The notes under the pieces were generated by a model, which saw only the letters and a program-made list of their open reading frames with translations, was not told the origin of the DNA and did not search any database. A program made the position numbers and the translations under genes. Positions 62,096 through 64,000 of a stretch of DNA of 64,000 nucleotides are shown here, in pieces. Position 1 is the first letter of the stretch. The number at the start of each line of letters is the position of its first letter. Source of the DNA: Dehalococcoidia bacterium (GTDB lineage Bacteria; Chloroflexota; Dehalococcoidia; Lucifugimonadales; UBA2985); contig DAOUKJ010000040.1 of assembly GCA_034421435.1 (NCBI GenBank), positions 21,373-85,372 of the forward strand, in the 5' to 3' direction.

Positions 62096-63256
62096 ATGAA
62101 AGTAGGCGTTCCCAGAGAGACAACGGCAGGCGAGAGAAGGGTGGCGCTGGTCCCGGATGCCGTGGCAAGGCTGGTGGCATCCGGCTGTGAGGTGGTGGTG
62201 GAGTCGGGAGCGGGCGAGGCAGCCACCTACGACGACGATTCGTATACACAGGCGGGCGCATCCATAGCGCCCGACGCTCCGACCGTCTACGGCGAGGCGG
62301 ACGTGGTGCTAAAGGTGCAGGCGCCCGGGATGAGCAAATCGCTCGGCAAGCACGAGGCGGAGCTACTTGCCAAGGGTTCGACCCTCATCGCACTCCTGCA
62401 GCCCCTGACCAACCTTGACCTGGTCCGCACGCTCTCGGAGCGCGGCGTCACCAGCTTCAGCATGGACACCATCCCGCGCATAGCACGCGCGCAGAGCATG
62501 GACGCACTGTCGTCCATGAGCTCGCTGGCGGGCTACAAGGCAGTGCTGATGGCGTCCAACTCGCTGCCCAAGTACTTCCCCATGATGATCACGGCCGCGG
62601 GCACGTACGCGCCTGCCAAGGGCCTGGTGCTGGGCGCGGGAGTCGCGGGCCTGCAGGCCATTGCGACTGCGCGGCGTCTTGGGGCCGTGCTGCAGGCATT
62701 CGACGTACGTCCGGTCGTCAAGGAGCAGGTGGAGAGCCTGGGCGCAACATTCGTTGGTCTCACCGAGGAGATGCACACAGAGGACGCGGGCGGCTACGCA
62801 ACGGAGCTTGCGGAGGAGACGCAGCGCAAGGAGCGCGAGCTCATCCACACCTACGCCAAAGACGCAGACTTCGTCATCTGCACGGCGCTGATTCCAGGGC
62901 GGCCGGCGCCGCTCCTGATAACCGAGGACATGGTGAAGGACATGCGCCGCGGCTCGGTCATCATGGACCTGGCGGCGGAAGCCGGCGGCAACTGCGAGCT
63001 GACGGAGCCGGGCGAGGAGGTCGTGAAGCACGGCGTGATCATCAACGGGCCGCTCAACCTGGCCAGCACCATGCCGCTGCACGCCAGCCAGATGTACTCA
63101 CGGAACATCTCTACCCTGTTCAACCACCTGGTGAAGGACGGCGAGCTTGCGCTGGACTTCAACGACGCGATTGTGCAGGGCTGCTGCATCACCCATGACG
63201 GCAGCGTGGTCTACGAACCGGCGCAGGCTCGCCTGTCGGAAGCCGGGAGCCGGTGA
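62096..63256 (+). CDS. pntAA: NAD(P) transhydrogenase subunit alpha part 1
   Basis: MKVGVPRETTAGERRVALVPDAV and the Rossmann motif VLGAGVAGLQAIATARRLGA. 386 aa. Confidence 0.95.
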   Translation: MKVGVPRETTAGERRVALVPDAVARLVASGCEVVVESGAGEAATYDDDSYTQAGASIAPDAPTVYGEADVVLKVQAPGMSKSLGKHEAELLAKGSTLIALLQPLTNLDLVRTLSERGVTSFSMDTIPRIARAQSMDALSSMSSLAGYKAVLMASNSLPKYFPMMITAAGTYAPAKGLVLGAGVAGLQAIATARRLGAVLQAFDVRPVVKEQVESLGATFVGLTEEMHTEDAGGYATELAEETQRKERELIHTYAKDADFVICTALIPGRPAPLLITEDMVKDMRRGSVIMDLAAEAGGNCELTEPGEEVVKHGVIINGPLNLASTMPLHASQMYSRNISTLFNHLVKDGELALDFNDAIVQGCCITHDGSVVYEPAQARLSEAGSR

Positions 63257-63269
63257 AGGAGCGAGCCGC

Positions 63270-63569
63270 ATGATAGAGGGGCTACTCGTATCGCTGTTCG
63301 TGTTCGTGCTGGCGGTGCTCGTGGGCTTTGAGGTCATCAGCAAGGTGCCTCCAATCCTCCACACGCCGCTCATGTCCGGCTCCAACGCCATTTCGGGTAT
63401 CGTGCTCATTGGCGCGCTCGTCGTCGTCGTGCGCAGCGATTCAATAATCGGCGACGCGCTGGGGATTGGCGCAGTGGCACTGGCCACGATCAACGTCGTT
63501 GGCGGGTTTATGGTCACCGACCGCATGTTGCAGCTGTTCAGGAGGCGGCCGGACAGGCCGAACGAATGA
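63270..63569 (+). CDS. pntAB: NAD(P) transhydrogenase subunit alpha part 2 (membrane)
   Basis: The ATG at 63270 gives MIEGLLVSLFVFVLAVLVGFEVISKVPPILHTPLMSGSNAISGIV. Confidence 0.92.
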   Translation: MIEGLLVSLFVFVLAVLVGFEVISKVPPILHTPLMSGSNAISGIVLIGALVVVVRSDSIIGDALGIGAVALATINVVGGFMVTDRMLQLFRRRPDRPNE

Positions 63570-64000
63570 CGCTTGTCAATCTAGTCAACCTTGCATACCT
63601 GCTGTCGGCGGTGCTGTTCATCGTCGGCCTCAAGCGGCTGAGCTCGCCGGCCACAGCGCGCTCAGGCAACATGATGGGCGCCACCGGCATGCTCATCGCC
63701 GTGGTGGTGACGCTGATCGACCGGGAGGCGCTGGACTACGCGCAGATTGCGGCCGGCATGGTGATCGGCGCAGGCGCGGGCGCAGTCCTGGCTCGCACCA
63801 TCAAGATGACGGCCATGCCGCAGATGGTGGCAATCTTCAACGGTCTGGGCGGGGGTGCATCCGCGCTGGTGGCCTCCGGCGAGTTCCACAAGCTGAGTTC
63901 GGACGGGGCAAATGTGGGCGCGGACGTGGGCGTGACTATCATGCTTGGCACCTTCATAGGCGCTGTGACGCTTTCGGGCAGCTTCATTGCGTTCGGGAAG
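63566..64000 (+). CDS. pntB: NAD(P) transhydrogenase subunit beta (3' end outside window)
   Basis: The ATG at 63566 overlaps the pntAB stop (ATGA) and gives MTLVNLVNLAYLLSAVLFIVGLKRLSSPATARSGN... Confidence 0.92.
   Translation, partial: MTLVNLVNLAYLLSAVLFIVGLKRLSSPATARSGNMMGATGMLIAVVVTLIDREALDYAQIAAGMVIGAGAGAVLARTIKMTAMPQMVAIFNGLGGGASALVASGEFHKLSSDGANVGADVGVTIMLGTFIGAVTLSGSFIAFGK

Overview
High-G+C bacterial chromosomal segment. It is probably from a Chloroflexota-type organism: it encodes a Chlor_Arch_YYY/DUF2298 giant membrane protein, uses many GTG/TTG starts and has 4-nt start/stop overlaps. G+C comparisons below are by eye only. The backbone is housekeeping: ruvC'-ruvA-ruvB; a ktrB/ktrA K+ uptake cluster with extra RCK genes; pheA; gap; eno; acnA; ppiB; lspA-rluD-gltX-trxA; a pyrR-pyrB-pyrC-carA-carB operon with a PyrR attenuator; a tupABC tungstate transporter; glmU; a zur-znuACB operon; and pntAA-pntAB-pntB'. 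There are four tRNAs: Sec(UCA), Ser(GGA), Ser(CGA) and Arg(CCG). Several small, visibly lower-G+C accessory insertions interrupt this backbone.

Most interesting regions:
1. An accessory block at about 42.0-48.7 kb between carB and tupC. It holds a 1069-aa single-chain NPPY methyltransferase/restriction-like enzyme, overlapped at its 3' end by an orphan MazF/PemK toxin with no separate antitoxin.
2. A 63-bp duplicate of the tupC 3' end, which brackets a 2.9-kb insert within that block.
3. An inverted-repeat-flanked GIY-YIG mini-element within that insert, followed by two tandem, internally deleted copies of itself.
4. A vapBC cassette inserted exactly between carA and carB.
5. A PyrB fused to a PyrI-type zinc domain.
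6. A selC gene followed by an excisionase-type HTH gene.
7. Single-gene islets encoding an HNH endonuclease and an effector-like 3-TM protein.

Many long ORFs in the supplied track are antisense or out-of-frame shadows typical of high-G+C DNA and are not called. All family assignments come from motif recognition by eye; no searches were run.
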